A program made the position numbers and the translations under genes. Of a stretch of 64,000 nt of DNA, positions 58,912 through 64,000 are shown one piece after another. Source of the stretch: Minutocellus sp. GHC0000111 (Eukaryota); assembly GCA_977018835.1 (NCBI GenBank), contig OZ361259.1, positions 186,001 to 250,000 of the forward strand, written 5' to 3'. Numbering within the stretch: the first letter of the stretch is position 1; each line of letters starts with the position of its first letter. The notes under the pieces were generated by a model, which was not told the DNA's origin, searched no databases, and saw nothing but the letters and a program-made list of their open reading frames with translations.

Positions 58912-61900
58912 ATGAAGGAAGCGTCGGGATCATCTGCATCGTCGGCCTTTGCCGACAAAGGCGGCAACATGAACAACGGCGGAAGTATCAATGGCACCAA
59001 CGGCACCAATGGCAATGGCACAGGAGCTGCGGCGCCAAGAGTTGGCAGGCCGCATAATCTCGTTCGGGTATCCTCCGTCGATGCCGGGCGCGATCTGACC
59101 TCGGCCTATGGGAGCTCGTACGACGATGTGATGGACGGCGAATCGACGTCGGGAGAGGATGGCAACGGAGGCCTAGCGGAGGCAGAGAGGAGAAGGCTGG
59201 GCGTGGAACAGCCGACAACTTCAACTGTCCCCGCTGCTGGAGATGGTGCAAAATCAACTTCCGTCGGTGGCGCCGTTAGAGGTAGCGTCAGGGATCAGCT
59301 CATTGGTGTGCAGCATCCGCCGCATCTTGTTGGTTCTTCCTCCTCGCAACAAAGGCAGCAGCATCAATCGCAGCATTCGTCGCGATCGAACCATTCCAGC
59401 GCCAGCAACTCGGTGGCATCGTCCTCGGCGGCTCAGAGACGGAGGGGCTCACTCCGACGCAATCGGCACCGTCGTCGCGATTCGTACGACGGGGAGGACG
59501 ACTTCAGCGGAAGCGATGGAGAGTCGTCGTACTTCAGTGAGCATCAGGCCAGTCCCAAAAGCGGCAGTACAACACCGACCGCCTCGGCAATGGCGGCGGC
59601 TGCTGCTGCTGCGAAGCAGCATGCTAGTGGGGTGCCGTCGGCCAGACCTGTATCGATGGGTGTGGCATCAAATGCCAATGTGAATGCAAATGCGTTGCCT
59701 CAGGTGCCATCCCTTGGCTTGCCGTATCTTTCGCATCAGCAGCAGTTGACTGGTAGCAGTATGGATAACCTTGACACCAGCCTTAGCTTCTCAGATGATG
59801 ACGACGACAACGACGTTGGGAACGGCGGTAACACTACTCGGCTCGGAGGCATCCCGTCTCAGCAACCAAGGCCTCATCACAATGTTCCACGGCTTCATCG
59901 ACGATCCAGCTCGGACGAGCAATTGCAGCTGTATACGAGGACAGTGGAAAGAGGGACGTCGGCGCAATCCGTTTCCAGTATCGTTTCTAGCTCTTCGGAC
60001 GAAGCGGCAGGTCCAGAACCAGCCGTTTACAATGCCGGACCGGGTTCTCGAGAGGCTCCGCCCTCTGTGTCCATACCGACCATTCCCCGTGGCGCTGCTA
60101 GTGGCAGAGGCAATCCCCGCACTCCGCGCGATCCCTCCGAAGCGACGCACAGTACAGATGGATCAAGGGAACAAAGATATGCCCAAGCACCATCCGGCGC
60201 TGGCGCCGATGCTAGTATGGATGATTCCACTGTCTTCTCTTCTTCGGCGACGTCTCCATCATCTGAATTCACCTCCAGTACGAGCAGTGATCCTTCCGTG
60301 AGGAGTGAGCTGCGAGAGATTGGAGTTCAAGGAAGCTTCGAGGGTGCAGAGAGTGGTCGTTCCAGCGGCAGGCGGAAGCCTATCAAGGACGTCGGTGAAA
60401 TAAGTGGGGCAACTCCTAGCTCAATGGATGGACGGCAGCAGGCGTCGTCGCGACAGTCCTTGCAGCCCCCACATATCTCCACAAGTTCAGATGGTGCACA
60501 GGCTACTGCCGCACATCCTCACGCGGAAAGGATGCCTCCCGCCAGCCAAGATCAAATGGCACAAACTTGGATCTCGATGGCATCTGTACCAACCAAGCCT
60601 CCATCGTCACCAGGAGCAGCTCACAGTCCGAGCAGACGAGCAGCGACTGACCGTGGTGGTAGCGTGCTTTCATCTACAGCGTCTCGCACGACCAGTCTAA
60701 GTGATGGAGGCCACAGTCACTACTTTGCAACACAATCATCTCATCCTTCTGGCTCAACATTGAACATGCACTACTCTGAAGATGATGATACTGCTGGCGA
60801 AGGTGGCTTTAGTAGACATGTCAGCCATGCAATGGGAAATAGCCGGGGGCGAAACGGGGATTTGAATCTCTCTGAAGATGCCCAACGGGGCAACCGACGC
60901 GCCATGTTTGCCGATAGCAAAATTAGCAATGCTTCTGGAAAGGAGAGTTCTATGGGAGGGGGCGGAGGGGATGTTGTGGCTGGTAGTTTTCGGGTCTACT
61001 GGCGCCGATGGCTAATGCTCATGTATATGTCTCTCCTCAATCTTCTATCTGATTGGACTTGTTACTCTGTTGCGCCGATCGCGGTGCTCACCTCTGAAGC
61101 ATTTGGTGCCATCGACCCCGAAAGCCTAGTTACGATCTTTCTGTCTGCCAATGCAGTTGCAAGTGGTCTGGAACCCATCATTCTGGGTCGTCTTGGCCTC
61201 CGACGAACAGTCGTTTTTGGATCACTCCTCCTCATGTTGGGTAGTATCGTCAAATCGGGAGGGCTGCCTCTACTCATGCCTAGGTGAGATTTTTGGCAAT
61301 TTTTTTGTTCTTCCTCCTTACGACAGTACTAGTAATATCCATGCAGGGCCCTAACGGCAACTTTTTTCTCTTGCTCATCATTATTCTTCCCCCCAGCACC
61401 CTTGAGAAAGGCCATGGCGAATGGCGAGTGTATCTAGGCTTCTTCCTTGTTGGACTCTCCCAACCTCTTTATCAGTGCACGCCGGCATTGCTATCAACGT
61501 CATGGTTTCCCGAGAAAGAAAGAACAATGGCAACTGGAGTTGCTCTGAACTCCAACCAGCTCGGCATTGGTTTTGCTTTTGTATTCGGTACTTTACTCGT
61601 TGGTAATTCCGATGACATCATCCCTTACTTCGAGCTACTGAGCCTCATTAGCACTCTCGTTTTTGTTGGATGCGCTCTTCAGTTCGATGATGCCCCGCCG
61701 ACGCCGCCTTCTGATACAGCGCGAGTCATTCGAGGAACTTTCGAGATGGACATTCCTTCGCTGGGTCAGTTCCAGGATACCATCAGCCAAAGTGTCCGTT
61801 ATCTAAGCAAGAGTGTTCGCAATCTCGGCACCGGTGGGAGTGGAATGCACCGATCTTCTGGGTCGCTCAAAAGTCTTGGAAGTAGGAGCAGCGGGCGAAT

Positions 61901-64000
61901 GGAGCGTTCTTCCCGTCACTCTAGAAGAGCGAGCCAAGAGAGTGTCGGCTCTGAAGGTGGTGGCACAAAATCAACTCGAGCTAAGAGTACTACCAACAAA
62001 AGTATTGATCCGGTGTCGGGTGCATTCCGCACAGCTGCACCTGTCAACAGAGAACGCACCAGATCAAGAGACTCGGCACGTTCGACTGATGCTTCCCGGA
62101 GGCGTTCCAAGCGCCGGGGATCGGGCAGCATGGGGGGTTCCATGTCAGGTAATCGGGTGCGAACGAGTAGTGAACATAGCACTGGCAGCTTGAGCAGTAG
62201 CGCCCCCCTCGCTAGTACTGGCAGACCTCGCCGCGCCGAGAGACAGGCATCAGGCGGTAGCCGCGGTGGATCAGGAAGCCGCCGAAGAAGCTCCGACGCA
62301 CGAAGGTCTTCAGGAAGCAAGGGCAGATCTTCTGGAGGTCGTAGATCATCGAAGGGCGGTGGAGAAAGCGCCAAACAACAACATCGACAAACATCATCTG
62401 GCACACGTCAGACGGCTTCGGCTGACTTTGGCTTCCTAACAGGGCCTGTGGCACCAGCTCCCTCTCCTGCCATTTCAGATGGCCAGCCAACACGGTCGGC
62501 AATAGATAATATTACCGCTATGGAGCGCGAAGCTGCAGAATTGGGCTTTTTTGGCCCACCGCCGTCTCCTGTGATGGCTGGTCCGAACGCACATGACGGC
62601 GATGGTGTCTCCGGCCCCGACTCTGGGGGTGGAGGCGGCACTGACGAGCATTCGCAACGGCCTCGACAAGAGGGTCTCGCACCTGTGCCTCCCCCGAACT
62701 CAGGGACGCCACCTCGGCCAGGCAGGGGCCGTCCTCGAGGACAACCACATCGCGAATTGACTCCCGATGCCGATGAAGGTAGTGATGGTCAAATTCCTCC
62801 TGGCTCTCCGTTTCCACACCTTCAGTATGATAGTCAAGCAATGCATCAGCAGCAGTATCAGCAGCAGTATCCTCAGCAGTATTCTCACTTTGGACTAGAA
62901 GGAACCAGCGGCGTGTACACAGCACCAGATGGGCAGGTTGTTTACTACGGAATGCAAGCACCAGGTTCCATCTCCGCGGGGGGTGGCTATTACCCGCAGC
63001 AGCCACAGATGATGATGCCATTGCAAGGACCACCTGCAGCCGCGCCATACTTCAGCCCATATCAGTACGGTTCTGTACCATATTATCATCAGCGGCCGCC
63101 ACCCGTCTATTTTGACCAACGCGGTGGGCAGTATTCGATGATGCATCAGACATATCCATCGCTACCTGAAACGGAGAATCCACTTGACGAGGGTGCAGAA
63201 CCTGTTCTGACCCTCACGGCCCACAAGCTCGACATTGATATTCGCGACGATCAGATTCTTCTCTCGCTCCGAGCCTGTTTTTCCCGGCCGGGCTTCATTC
63301 ACTGCTTAGCCTCGTTTACGGTCAGTGGCATTGTCATCAATACGCTCAGGTGAGACACTTGTTATAGTAGAATAAATTCCCAGCTGTCCAGCTTGTTCGT
63401 TTGATTAGCATTGCCCATGCCTCGACTGGGGAAGACCTCGTGATTTTTTTCCCCCATGCAATAAGCTCAAGCCTGCTTTTTCGTTTTGGTTGGGCACCTT
63501 TTTCTTTCTACCCTTTTTTGCCAAAACAGCACCTACATGGACTATCTGGTTCGATTGGGAGGTGCCGGTAGAGAATATGTCGGTGTGGTTGGAGGTCTCT
63601 TCCAGCTGCTTATAATGATATCCTCCTTAGTAATTGGTGGCTTTACCGACCGAACCAGGGCTTACTATTCAGTGTCGATGGCCATGCTGGTGCTCGGAGC
63701 CTTTGCCCTCGCTGAATGCGGGGTAAATCTGGACGAGGATCGAGGAAATGGTCTCCGATGGTCGTTACTGGTAGTTGGCATCCTCGTCGGCCCTCTTCAA
63801 CCTATATCAACTGAGCTCGGTGTCGATGTTGTCTACCCTTTGAGTGAAAATACAGTTCTGGTCATCCAACAACTCTTTGCCAACCTACTAAGCGCCATGT
63901 TCATTCCTATCTTCAAGGCTCTCAAGGACGTGGATTTCAACAGGGATCCAGATCTACCTGAACAACCAGAGTATACCTTTTCCTTTTACTTGCTCATCAT
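58912..64000 (+). CDS. FLVCR-like MFS transporter with very long disordered N-terminus and loop; introns 61284-61396 and 63350-63529; runs off the window
   Basis: VYWRRWLML, LGLRRTV..G, GLSQP, SWFPEKERTMATG...NQLG, ELGVDVVYPLSEN. Confidence 0.85.

Overview
Gene-dense eukaryotic DNA, most likely a diatom or related ochrophyte, judged from the short GT-AG introns, a CoDi-type copia gag, an ShK-P4H and a PPR-SMR gene. It holds about 25 host genes, including an FHA protein, PEN-2, VPS72/YL1, TauE, PC4, RAD7-like, RING-H2, phosducin-like, ShK-P4H, RPS15A, RPL35A, two MFS transporters, an AlkB homolog, VAMP7-like, a candidate CENP-P and SKP1. Transposons include a Chapaev/Transib-like DNA element, a truncated copia LTR element and two MITE families. 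The most striking signal is patchy, strand-symmetric loss of TpA: Tyr codons appear as Cys (TGY) or His (CAY) in the copia gag, in a TE-broken PPR gene and in part of a host gene, and a MITE target-site copy reads CA rather than TA. This suggests a RIP-like but opposite-direction (TpA->TpG/CpA, A-to-G) hypermutation process. Many non-essential genes carry stops, frameshifts or TE damage while ribosomal, SKP1 and SNARE genes are intact. A divergent GT2 synthase / GH1 hydrolase pair is separated by an 80-bp inverted duplication. All counts are hand counts and no database searches were run.
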